A stretch of 64,000 nucleotides of DNA, from positions 448,001 through 512,000 of the forward strand of contig OY970296.1 in the NCBI GenBank assembly GCA_963716175.1, read 5' to 3'. The DNA is from an uncultured Armatimonadetes bacterium. Its GTDB lineage: Bacteria > Armatimonadota > Hebobacteria > Hebobacterales > Hebobacteraceae. Below are positions 28,303 to 37,845 of this stretch, in pieces. Positions within the stretch are counted from its first letter, which is position 1. Every line of letters begins with the position of its first letter. The notes beneath the pieces were generated by a model. That model worked only from the letters and a program-made list of their open reading frames with translations. It was not told where the DNA came from and made no database searches. The position numbers were made by a program, and so were the translations under genes.

Positions 28303-29841
28303 ATGAAAGGGTACTGCAGCGAGACTGTGGGGAGACGCGACTTGCGCTGGACAGCATGCCTGCTGATGGTGTTGGCGGCGAGCGCGCTGCTCTGGAGCCA
28401 GCTCGCGCTCGCGGCCGGCCCGCCCCTAGACCTGTCCGGCACCTGGAAGTTCAAGGCCGACTGGGAAGAGAACGGCCAGGCCCTGGGGTGGCAGAAGCCC
28501 GAGTTCGATGATTCCACCTGGCGCGACCTGGCGGTGCCTGGAACCTGGGAAGGGCAGGGCGTCACTACCACCAACCCCCGCTGGCCGGGATCGGAGCCGT
28601 ACAACGGCTACGCCTGGTACCGGCGCCACTTCTCCGTCCCGGCGGATTGGGGCCAACCGAACGAGAGCCTGCACATCGGGGCGATTGACGATATGGACTG
28701 GGTGTACATCAACGGCCAGCTGGTCGGGTCCACCAGCGGCGAGAGGGCCTTTGAACAGGAGCGGGAGTACGACCTCAAGCCCGGCCTGCTCAAGCCCGGC
28801 GCCGATAACGTGATCGCCATCCGCATCCTGGACACAGCAGGCAAGGGGGGCATCGTAGAGGGGCCGGTGGAGCTGGTCGGGTCCGCGCCGGAGTCAGCAG
28901 CAGAAGAGGAGCCAGGCGAAGCGGCTCCGCCCCCCGGCAAGTACCCCGAGAAGCGGGGCGACATGGTGCAGGTGGTGGGCAGTGTCACCGTGCCGCCTGG
29001 CAGCCAAGTGGACGGAGATGCGGTGGCGGTGGGCGGCTCGGTTGATGTCAAAGGATATGTCACCGGAGACGTGGTCGCGGTGGGCGGCTCAGTCACGATC
29101 CGGCCGGGGGCGAGGGTGGATGGAGACGCCGTGGCCGTGGGCGGCACCGTCAAGACCGAAGGGGATGGCATAGTCAAGGGTCAGGTCACCCAGGTCACCC
29201 TCTTCCCCTGGGCCATCCCGGGTATCTTCGGGCTCGCCTTCCTCACTGGCTCGTCTTCTCTCGTCTTCGTGCTGGTGAAGAGGCTGATCCTGTGGGGGCT
29301 GCTGGCGGTGCTGCTCGCGCTGATCTGCCCTAAGCGCCTGCAAGTGATGGCGCGGGCCCTGCCGCTTTACCCGGGATGGGTGGCCGGGCACGGCGTGGTG
29401 GGCTGGGTATTGACCCCGGCGGTGGTGCTGCTGGTGGCGCTGGTGGCGGCCGCCGTCTGCGTGGTGCTTGCCATCACCATCATTGGCATCGTGCTGATCC
29501 CGGCCGTGGCGCTGGTGCTGGTGGCGGTGGTGCTTGGCCTATTCCTCCTGCTCTGCCTCGGGCTGGGCGGGGTCTGGGTGAGCATAGGGCAAGCGCTCAT
29601 CGCCCGCATGGGCCGGCCGGAGGCGAGCGTGCTGCCGGCGGCGCTGCTAGGTGTGGTATTGACCGCGGTCGCTTCGGCGGTCCCCGTGGCGGGGACGCTG
29701 GTGCTGATCACGCTTGTGATCTTCGCCTACGGGCTGGGGCTGATGACCGGAGGGGGAACGAGACCGGAATGGACTCATCGGCGCCTGGGAATCCGCCGCG
29801 CTCCCGAGGCTGCTCCGGCCTCGCAGACTCCCACCGCCTAG
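28303..29841 (+). CDS. Membrane protein: signal peptide + galactose-binding-like jelly roll + bactofilin-like beta-helix repeats + multi-TM domain
   Basis: AAGGAGG RBS; LDLSGTWKF, FDDSTW, YNGYAWYRRHF, GAIDDMDWVYINGQLVG, NVIAIRILD; repeats VDGDAVAVGGSV / VTGDVVAVGGSV; about 6 TM segments. Confidence 0.82.
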   Translation: MKGYCSETVGRRDLRWTACLLMVLAASALLWSQLALAAGPPLDLSGTWKFKADWEENGQALGWQKPEFDDSTWRDLAVPGTWEGQGVTTTNPRWPGSEPYNGYAWYRRHFSVPADWGQPNESLHIGAIDDMDWVYINGQLVGSTSGERAFEQEREYDLKPGLLKPGADNVIAIRILDTAGKGGIVEGPVELVGSAPESAAEEEPGEAAPPPGKYPEKRGDMVQVVGSVTVPPGSQVDGDAVAVGGSVDVKGYVTGDVVAVGGSVTIRPGARVDGDAVAVGGTVKTEGDGIVKGQVTQVTLFPWAIPGIFGLAFLTGSSSLVFVLVKRLILWGLLAVLLALICPKRLQVMARALPLYPGWVAGHGVVGWVLTPAVVLLVALVAAAVCVVLAITIIGIVLIPAVALVLVAVVLGLFLLLCLGLGGVWVSIGQALIARMGRPEASVLPAALLGVVLTAVASAVPVAGTLVLITLVIFAYGLGLMTGGGTRPEWTHRRLGIRRAPEAAPASQTPTA

Positions 29842-29866
29842 CCTAGCAGCGAGAACCAGTCCCAAC

Positions 29867-29901
29867 GAGCAGCGCTGGCGGCAGGATCGCCAGCGCTGCT
29901 C
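29867..29901. terminator. 14-bp perfect stem-loop between convergent genes
   Basis: GAGCAGCGCTGGCG-N7-CGCCAGCGCTGCTC; no clear U-tract. Confidence 0.55.
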
Positions 29902-29926
29902 TGCTCCCTGCGCTGCGGCTGATCTG

Positions 29927-30553
29927 TCACTGGCCCAGGCCGAGAGTTCGCCTCCGCCCTCCCCGCTGCAGCGTTACGCTCTTGGCGCTGATCCTCACCA
30001 CTCGGTAGCCGCCCGAGATGGTGTCACCCTCGCGGACCAGGTACCGGCTCTCGCCTTGCCTTAGCACTGCCACCTTCCGCTCATCGCCCACCACGCCTGA
30101 GAGCCTGAGCACATTCGGAGGAGGACCGCCAGAGGTGCCGGCGGCCAGCTGAGGCCCGCCAAATGGCAGCAACGGCGGCAGGGGCCCTCGTGCGTCCACA
30201 CTTGCCCGCGCCACTACCCGCTTGACGCCGGCGCGCTGGCGAGTGGGAACGACCTTCACAGGCAGGCGGCCCGTGACCTGTGGTTGGGGAGCTCCTGGCG
30301 AAGTAGAAGTATTGGCACTGAGCGCAGACCCCTCGCCCGGAGGACCGGACTCCCGTAGGCGGCGGTTAGCCGCTGGCTTCGGGTTGACCGGGGACAAGGC
30401 CGGCTGGGGTGTCTGCGTGATCCGCACTCGATCAGCTGGAACTGCGAGCCTGAGAGGCGCGCCGGAGTGGCTCGTGACGGCGCCGATGACGATTACCACC
30501 AGGGCCGCCGCGAAGACAAGCAAGCTGGATAGGTTCCGCGTAGTGGACTTCAT
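29927..30553 (-). CDS. PilP/GspC-HR-like domain membrane protein
   Basis: N-terminal TM, Pro-rich linker, LRLSGVVG..AVL..RYLVREGDTISGGYRVVRISAKSVTL. Confidence 0.7.
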   Translation of the reverse strand: MKSTTRNLSSLLVFAAALVVIVIGAVTSHSGAPLRLAVPADRVRITQTPQPALSPVNPKPAANRRLRESGPPGEGSALSANTSTSPGAPQPQVTGRLPVKVVPTRQRAGVKRVVARASVDARGPLPPLLPFGGPQLAAGTSGGPPPNVLRLSGVVGDERKVAVLRQGESRYLVREGDTISGGYRVVRISAKSVTLQRGGRRRTLGLGQ

Positions 30554-30782
30554 GATCTCCCTCCCGGCGACCACGGCCTCCGTGCCGCTTCATACCATAA
30601 CCAGGGCGTGATCCCACACAGAAGAGGCGGCCCCAGGCAGCGCGAATCTGTGCCCAGGGCGCCTGGCTTGCCGGCTCCCGGCTGGTTATGGAATATAGCC
30701 CTTGGCCCCGGAGCGGTGGGGCCTGCGCGCCGCAGACTCATGGGATTCTGCGGACGCGTGCCATTGGGAGGTGCGGGTCGGC

Positions 30783-31680
30783 ATGAGGTCTCATGCCGGA
30801 GAGAGCCACACCCGCTCCCAGCGGCTAGTGGCGCGGGAGAACCAGGTGGTCAGGCGAGCAGCTCTCGAAAACACCCGGTGCGACGCTGAGGGATACCGTC
30901 GCCTCTGGCGGCGCGACCCGCACTCACTTCGCTTCGCCGAGCTGGCCGACTTGGCCCGCCGCCAGGGCCACCTCCCGCAGGCGGCAGCACTCTCCGCGCG
31001 CGGGCTCCTGCTGCACCCGGGCTATGCCACCGGGCGCGTGGTAATGGGCGATATCTTCTGGGATCAGAACCTGGAGCACAGGGCCGAGCAGGAATGGCAG
31101 GAAGCGCTGCGGATTGACCCTCGGCATCCTCGGGCTCATCTCCGCCTGGGTGAACTCTACCTGCGCCGCGGCGATCTTCCCCGCGCGGGCCGCGGTGGAG
31201 GCGGCGCTCATCTGGAACCCGGAATCGGCCGAAGCGCGAGCCCTGCTGGCAAGAGTGAGTGGGCGCCCATCCGCTCCTGCTGAGGCAGGTGCTGCGCGCG
31301 CTGCCCCGCCCGCGATGTCGCCGGCGAGGTGCGAAGAAGTGCTAGCGGCCGTCTCCGCCTGCATCTCGGTGTCGCGCGCGGCTGTGGTCAACTCCGACGG
31401 CTCGACAGTTGCCGGGACCGACGCCCACCCGGAGGCAGGGTCGGCGGCGGTGGCGCAACTGATCCGCGAAGCCCGGAGGATAACGCCCCAGCTCGGTGGG
31501 GGGCGGCTGCGAGGCGCGCTGCTGCAAGGCACCGGGGGCAGCCTGCGCTGTCTCGTGCTGGAGCAGCTGCTGCTGATTGCTGGACTTGAGCCTGGGGTTT
31601 CGCCGAGCGCGGCCGATGCTGAGATCGAACAGGCCATTGCCGGCCTGGGTGGCTGTCAGGGGGAGCAGGCGTATGCCTGA
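30783..31680 (+). CDS. TPR + roadblock/LC7 domain protein (frameshift at about 31185)
   Basis: GGAGG RBS; DPHSLRFAELAD, HPGYATGRVVMG, AHLRLGELY TPRs. The TPR continues RAAVEAALIWNPESAEARALL in another frame after a CG repeat, then AAVVNSDG..LGGGRLRG (roadblock). Confidence 0.75.
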
Positions 31681-32077
31681 GGGGTCGCGATTCGAGCTGC
31701 CGCTCAATGTGCTGACCGCGACGCCAGGTGTGTGCGGAGGCGTGGTCGCCACTGATGACGGCCTGCCGCTGGCTGTGCGGCTCCAGGCCGGACACGACCA
31801 AGAGGCCCTATCGGCGGCCGCGGCGGTGCTCGGTCGTCTCGCGGCTATGGTCATTGCCACCCTCGATCGCGGGGAGCTCGAGCTCGGTGTGCTGGAGGGG
31901 GAGAAGCTGCGACTTATGGTCAGGCCGCTCTCGCTCGGCTTCCTCCTCGTGCTCACTGAGCCGGAGGCGAACCTCGGCCTGATCGCGCGCGAGATTGCGC
32001 GGGCGGCCGAGGCCCTGGAACAGGCGGCCGCAGCGGTTGGTGCGGATTGGATGGCGGCGCAGGGAGGTGCAGCATGA
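31673..32077 (+). CDS. Roadblock/LC7 domain protein
   Basis: PGVCGGVVATDDGLPL, ALSAAAA, LDRGEL, EANLGLI. Confidence 0.88.
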   Translation: MPEGSRFELPLNVLTATPGVCGGVVATDDGLPLAVRLQAGHDQEALSAAAAVLGRLAAMVIATLDRGELELGVLEGEKLRLMVRPLSLGFLLVLTEPEANLGLIAREIARAAEALEQAAAAVGADWMAAQGGAA

Positions 32078-32514
32078 CAGAGATCCTTGACCTGGTGATC
32101 CGAGAGCAGGACCTGTTGCAGGTGAACCGCGCGCTCGCGGCGATGCTGCGCGACTCTCGCGCCCGGTGTGTAATCCTGATCAACCGCAATGACGGCAGCG
32201 TGCTGGCGGCCCAGGGATTCCTCGATTCCCTGGACACCACCTCACTGGCGGCCCTGGCCGCAGGGGCGTTTGCCTCCGCGCGGGAGATTGCCCGGCTGAT
32301 CGGAGAGCCCGAGTTCAGCGTGCTTTTCCACCAGGGCCAGCGCGAGCATGTCCACGTCAACCTCGCGGGAGCGCACGGGCTGCTGATGACCTTGTTCAAC
32401 GACACCAGCACGGTAGGGCTGGTGCGCCTGTGCGCGCGCCAGGCCTGCACCGTGATCGAACGCGCCCTGCATGGACGGGCCCCCGGAGAAAGCGGCGACC
32501 CCGCCAGACCGTAG
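32074..32514 (+). CDS. mglB: MglB-like roadblock GTPase-activating protein
   Basis: LDTTSLAALAAG, IARLIGEPEFSVLFHQG, FNDTSTVGLVRL resemble Myxococcus MglB. Confidence 0.82.
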   Translation: MTEILDLVIREQDLLQVNRALAAMLRDSRARCVILINRNDGSVLAAQGFLDSLDTTSLAALAAGAFASAREIARLIGEPEFSVLFHQGQREHVHVNLAGAHGLLMTLFNDTSTVGLVRLCARQACTVIERALHGRAPGESGDPARP

Positions 32515-32544
32515 CGGGGTCGCCAACCGCGCCTGACAGCAGGG

Positions 32545-32733
32545 CTAATCAGCCCAGCTGATCGCCTCCGCCGGGCAGCCATCAATCGCTTCCTGGATCG
32601 CGCTCTCGCCGGCCCCGGTGGGATTCTTCACCACGGCGATGTCATCGTCCCCCATCTCGAACACTTCCGGGCAAGTCTCGACACAAGCCCCGCAGCCAGT
32701 GCAAAGATCGGCATCAACCACAGGTACTCTCAT
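32545..32733 (-). CDS. Single-cluster 4Fe-4S ferredoxin
   Basis: CTGCGACVETCPEVF...CPAEAISW; GGAGG RBS. Confidence 0.93.
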   Translation of the reverse strand: MRVPVVDADLCTGCGACVETCPEVFEMGDDDIAVVKNPTGAGESAIQEAIDGCPAEAISWAD

Positions 32734-33249
32734 TGCAGCCTCCCCGGCCATGATCTCGGTGTGCTCCATACCCCGGCGCCCGGTAGTTCTGTGGGCGCCA
32801 GTTGACTTCCTCCCAGACCACTCAGCGCGCGGGCGCGGCCTGCGGTAGCAACGGCTGGGCGGCAGCCGAAGCAACGGGCACCGCCAGGCCAACGCTACGA
32901 CCGCCCCGGTTGGTGTGCCCTGTCAAGGAGGCGAGGAATTCGTAACTGCTTCGAACCACTCACACCCGGGACGGTCGCACTAACATCATACCCTACTGAC
33001 CATTACGATGTGCGCGCAATTCTGGACACATTCACACTGCTCTGTGATAGAAATACGACACGATGGTAATTGCTGGTACCAGACGGCAAAGGACTGTCAC
33101 AAAGACGCCCACAGGCGAACGGAAAACGACCAACCAGGAAGGCGGCGAGGTGGAAAGCAGTGCCAACGCCAGCCAGAGCGGCTGGCAGCGCTTCTGCGCC
33201 AGTCCTGGCAGGCCCCGCCCGGAGACCTAGACCGGACTCCTCAGGGCCC

Positions 33250-33324
33250 TGGTGGCACCGGCTGGGCTCGAACCAGCGACATAGCGGTTATGAACCGCTC
33301 GCTCTACCACTGAGCTACGGTGCC
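33250..33324 (-). tRNA. tRNA with CAT anticodon (elongator Met more likely than Ile2; not initiator)
   Basis: GGCACCG/CGGTGCC acceptor stem, GCTC/GAGC D arm, AGCGG-TTCATAA-CCGCT, GCTGG-TTCGAGC-CCAGC T arm, encoded CCA; G1-C72 paired. Confidence 0.95.
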
Positions 33325-33333
33325 CCACCAGCG

Positions 33334-33362
33334 ATGATACATCAGCAGGACCGTCGCGACAA
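33334..33362 (-). promoter_or_regulatory. Sigma70-type promoter of the tRNA
   Basis: TTGTCG-N17-TATCAT just upstream of the tRNA. Confidence 0.6.
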
Positions 33363-33389
33363 GTGATCTCCGCCAAGGCACTCGGGCCG

Positions 33390-35674
33390 TCACGGCTTCA
33401 TGGTGGCCAGTCGCGCCAGGCTGGCGCGCTGCTGCCAGCGCTCGGCCGCCGCGAGGTCGGGCCAGGGCAGCTCGATGCGGTAGTCGTTCTCGTCGAGCGC
33501 AAGCTGGAAGCTGTGCCGGAAGGCGGCCACTTTGAGCGGGAAATGCAGGGCTCGCTTCCTCCGGTCAATGGGCCGCATCACCATCTCCTGGTCGTCGTAC
33601 GCGGAGAACCGCGTGGCCTCCCGCATGCGGGCATAGGCGGGCGAAAGGCGAGTCACCTCCCGCCACTGCTCCACCGCGTTCTCAGTTTCGCCCTTGAAGT
33701 AGTAGACCAGGCCCAGGTTGCTGCGCGCGATGGGGTTGCTGGGGCGCCAGTCTACGACCTGTACCAGATGACGTACCGACTCCGCCAGCATCTTTCCCTT
33801 GGCATAGGCCAGGCCCAGGTCGTTGTGTCCCTCCGGGGAGCGGGGGGAGAAGATCAGCACCCGCTTGAAGCACTCCAGGGCCTCGTTCAGCCGGTCATCC
33901 TTGTAATAGGCGAGGCCAAGGTTGGCGTGGCCGTCCGGGTTGGGAGGCTCGAGCTTCACCAGGGCTCGGAAGTGCTCTATCGCCTCCGGCAATTCCCCTA
34001 GGTCCACCGCGGCATGGCCCACGAGGTCGTGGGCGGCCGCGAGCTGAGGGTCAAGGCTGGCCGCGTAACGGGCCTGCTCGGCCGCGGCCGCCAGGTCGCC
34101 TTCGAGGTAGTAGGTCAGCCCGAGATTGCAGCGGGCAATGGCGCTGCGCGGCATGGCGTCGGCCACAATCCGGAACTGCTCGGCCGCCTCCACTAGCCGG
34201 TCCTGAGAGAGCCGGAGGATGCCGATGGCATTGTAGACCTCAGGGAAGCCGGAGTAGAGCCTGATCAGCTCATCGAGCTGCTCCTGGGCCTCGTCGAACA
34301 TGTCCAGCATATGGTAGGCGGTGGCGCAGTTATACCGGGCCAGGGCGTGCCTGGGGTTCATCCTCACCGCAGCCCGGAAGTGGTCGAGCGCTTGCCTCAG
34401 CCGCTCGTCGAGGTAGACGGCCACGCCCAGGTTCAGCACTACGTCCGCGCTCTTGGACTCCAGCTCGTAGGCCCTTTCCAGCTCCCGCACCGCCTGGTCT
34501 ACAATGCCCTCGCGCACCAGCAAGGTGCCAGCATTGTACCTGACCTGGAAATCGCCAGGGGCGACCCGGACCGCCTGGCGAATGGCATCAAGCGCGCGCC
34601 CGGTCTGGCCCAAGCGGTACCAACAGCTCCCCTTCTGAACCAGGGCCCAGCCGTGGTCGGGGGCGACCCGACCCACCGCGCTGAAGTCCTCGATCGCGGC
34701 CTGGCACCGACCCTGGAGCATGGCGCACACACCCCGGTTGTAGCGAGCGGCGACGTGGGCCGGCTGGCGCTGAAGCGCGCCGGTGAAGCATCGCTCCGCT
34801 ACCGTGAGATCGCCTCGCGCCTGATGAATGATGCCCAGGTTGCACAGCGCGTCGGGGTGCCGGCGCCGGATCGCGAGCGCCTCCTCCAGCTCTGCCACCG
34901 CCTGGTCTGGCATTCCTTGCCGCGCCAGCACCAGGGCCAGGGCATTGCGGGCGGCGAGATGACTCGGGTCGAGTTCCAGCAGCTCCCGGAAGCACTGGGC
35001 GGCCTCCGAGAACTGCGCCAATTGCCAGTGACAGAGCCCGAGGTTCCAGAGCGGCGTCTGTGAGCTGCTCATGCGGGGGCGGGCCCGTTCCAGCTCCTCG
35101 ATGGCGCGAGTATGACGGCCGGCCGCGGCTTGGGTAGCGGCGAAGTTGTGGCGCACCAGAGCCGGCACCTCGGCCGCTCCCATCAGCCGCAGCAGCACCT
35201 GCTCGGCACGGTCTCTTCCGCTCTCGACCCAGAGCACGGCGGCGAGCCGCATCTGGGCCTCAGTATCATTGGGCTCAGCTTCGAGGGCGCGGTCGCAAGC
35301 GCGCCTGACGCGGGACAGGTTGCGCTTTGCCAGATAGGTGAAGAGGCCGAGGAGGGCACCGGCCCATCTGCGCCGCAGCACCCGCAGACCCGGGCCCGGT
35401 AGGCTTCCCACTGCCGAGCCCGCCGCCGCTCCAATCACGGCCCCGGCCAGGAGCACGCCGACAGGCAGAGGCGCGTCCCCCGCCCGTGTACCACCACCAG
35501 CCCCAGGCCGGCACCGAGCACGAAGCACAGACCCGCCCAGATGAGCCACGCGGCGCGCGGCTCGGCATGCCTGCGCACACCCCGCGTCTCTGGTGCATGT
35601 TCTAGGGGCGTGCCGCAGACGGTGCAGCTGGCTTGCTGTGCTGTGTTGGCCGCCCCGCACAGCCTACAGACCAA
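33390..35674 (-). CDS. Zinc-ribbon + TM + long TPR-array protein (frameshift at about 35480)
   Basis: GGAGG RBS and TTG 35674 give MVCRLCG...CTVCG plus a TM in one frame, joining about 17 TPRs in another frame at a G5 run. Confidence 0.82.
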
Positions 35675-35720
35675 ACCGCCCTCCCTGCCGGTCGTTCTCC
35701 TTTGCGCCCAGCGCACTATC

Positions 35721-35749
35721 AGGATACCACAATCAGAGTGCTGTCGCAA
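35721..35749 (-). promoter_or_regulatory. Sigma70-type promoter of the TPR gene
   Basis: TTGCGA-N17-TATCCT with extended TG. Confidence 0.55.
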
Positions 35750-35901
35750 AACGGCCAGCGACCGGGTCTGACGACTGCCAGTCTGCGAAACGGCTTCGCT
35801 GCCTGGCACCAGCCGCGCGCTGAGCCGGGCCAGGGACGCGGGCCAGGCCTCCGGCCTCGCCGCCTCGACCGGAGCAGCCAGTCTGCCATGCCCCGAGTCG
35901 G

Positions 35902-36468
35902 CTACTGCGCCTTCAGCAGCTCGACCTCGAAGATGAGTATGGAGTTGGGTGGGATGGGGCCGATACCGCGGGCCCCGTACCCCAGAGCGGCCGGGATGAT
36001 AAGCTTGCGCACCCCGCCCGGCTTCATGCCCGCTACCCCTTCATCCCACCCCTTGATCACCCGGCCCGCGCCGAGCGGGAAGGAGAAGGGCTGACCCCGA
36101 TCCCGCGAGCTGTCGAACTTGGTGCCGTTCACCAACCAGCCGGTGTAGTGCACGGTGACAGTCCCGCCGGCCTTGGCCTCTGCCCCTTCACCAACCTTGA
36201 CGTCTATGTACTGCAGGCCGGAGGCGGTGGTGACAACCGGGTTGCTGCTGGGCGTTCCCAGCTTGCGGGCGGCCTGCACCGCCTCACTCTCAGTGGGTTT
36301 CATCTGGGTCTCCTTTGGCGCCTCGGCCGCGGGCGCTTTCGCAGCCTGGGGCGGAGCCGCAGGGGGCGGGGGCGCGGTTTCGACGGCCGTTCTCCGGCAG
36401 CCCAGCGCGGGTAGGGCTGCCAGCAATGCCGCGATCAGCAGACCATGGACGACGTTCCTGCGCGTCAT
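35902..36468 (-). CDS. FKBP-type peptidyl-prolyl isomerase, lipoprotein
   Basis: Lipobox ALG-C; VHYTGWL, FDSS, VIKGWDEG, YGARG, IPPNSILIFEVEL. Confidence 0.95.
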   Translation of the reverse strand: MTRRNVVHGLLIAALLAALPALGCRRTAVETAPPPPAAPPQAAKAPAAEAPKETQMKPTESEAVQAARKLGTPSSNPVVTTASGLQYIDVKVGEGAEAKAGGTVTVHYTGWLVNGTKFDSSRDRGQPFSFPLGAGRVIKGWDEGVAGMKPGGVRKLIIPAALGYGARGIGPIPPNSILIFEVELLKAQ

Positions 36469-36538
36469 GCTCGTTCCCTCCGAGTAGTATGGGCCGGGAT
36501 GATAGCACGGGAGGCATGCCGGAACAAGAGCGTCCCGC

Positions 36539-37573
36539 TCACGCGGCCTGTTGCCGGCGACGCGGCCACACATTGACCGCGTTGCCGACCACGATCAGCG
36601 CCGCGCCCTGCCAGAAGCCTGGGCCGAAAGACTCGCGCAGCACCAGCCAACCCAGGCTCACGCCCAGCACTGGCGTGAGATAGGTGATGGGCGGCAGCTT
36701 GTGCGCTTCGCCGAAACGGGCCCCCAGCTCGAGCGCACACAGCCAAAGGGTGTAGCTGCCGCAGTACACGGCTATCCCCATTAGCAGAATCAGAGCCCAG
36801 GCCGCAACTGGCGCCGGTCCCCATGGGCCCAGGAAAAGCGGAACGGCGTAGCCGGTGACGGGTCGCAGCTCGTGCCTGATGGTGACCACTGCGGCCAGCA
36901 TGGCTAGACCCAGGGTCATGGCCAGGAAGGAGTGCACATCCGACAGGCCGCGCCGCTCGTATCCGGGCCGCAGCGGGACAAACCGGTCCAGGTTCGAGTA
37001 GACTCCCCAGGAGAAAGCCGCGAACAGCGCCAGCAGCGCGCCGAGAAGGGAGGTGATGCCGCCCAGGCGCGCGAGATGTCCCTCGGTGGCGATGGTCGCC
37101 ACCCCCAGCAGGCACAGCAGCAGGCCCGCGCCCAGCCGCGCCGGCCCGGGCCGGCGCCGCAAGTCGGACTTCCACTCCCAGCCGGTGATCGGCCGTACCA
37201 GCGCGCCGAAGGCGGCCCCCTGGAACAGGACCACGAACACCGGATGCAGGTAGTTGATGATGATGGCGTCGGGCAGGGGCAAGCGCACGAAAGCTGCATT
37301 CAGCGCCACCGGGTAGGCGGCCCAGCCGAAGAAACCCATCGCCGCCAGCGCCACCCAGCCCCGGGCTGCAATCGCGTGGATATGGTGAAGCCGGCGCCTG
37401 ATCGCCAGCACGGCGAGCAGCGCCACCCACCCCAGGCCGACCCCCCAGAAGGCCACCTGAAGCGGGGTCAGCCTTCCGCCGTCCCGCATGGCCAGCAGCA
37501 GCGCCTTGTTGGTAACCAGCGAGATCGCCCAGACCAGCACGATCAGCAAGGTGTAGGCATAGGCTCGTCTCAT
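36539..37573 (-). CDS. DMT/EamA family transporter
   Basis: About 10 TM helices; INYLHPVF, YLTPVLGVSLGWLVLRE. Confidence 0.87.
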   Translation of the reverse strand: MRRAYAYTLLIVLVWAISLVTNKALLLAMRDGGRLTPLQVAFWGVGLGWVALLAVLAIRRRLHHIHAIAARGWVALAAMGFFGWAAYPVALNAAFVRLPLPDAIIINYLHPVFVVLFQGAAFGALVRPITGWEWKSDLRRRPGPARLGAGLLLCLLGVATIATEGHLARLGGITSLLGALLALFAAFSWGVYSNLDRFVPLRPGYERRGLSDVHSFLAMTLGLAMLAAVVTIRHELRPVTGYAVPLFLGPWGPAPVAAWALILLMGIAVYCGSYTLWLCALELGARFGEAHKLPPITYLTPVLGVSLGWLVLRESFGPGFWQGAALIVVGNAVNVWPRRRQQAA

Positions 37574-37845
37574 TGCCGCTCGCTGACCCAACTGCTCGCC
37601 AAGAAGTGCATGGCTGCCCTATCGCCTCGTCGCCGGCTCGCCTGAGGGCTGTGTTTCGGCCCGCGGCCAATCCCATCCTGCCGCCCCAAGCCGGAGGCAA
37701 GGGACGAGCGACGGGCGGAGCCTGACCCACACTTGCTCCGCCCGGCTTGCCCGCCTCCGGCGGGGACGGCGCTGTCGAATCTCGCGACAGGCGGGAAACC
37801 GCGCCCCAACGAAGAACCAAGCGCCAGATCAGGGAGGGCCTAGAG

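Noticed and set aside
28960-29190. Repeated GTGGCGGTGGGCGGC-like units as a CRISPR or DNA repeat
   Set aside because: They encode in-frame beta-helix protein repeats; no spacer structure and no cas genes.
32900-33250. AT-richer stretch downstream of the tRNA 3' end as an integrated element or ncRNA
   Set aside because: No integrase, no duplicated tRNA 3' end and no recognisable RNA family; the 101-aa ORF there is unconvincing.
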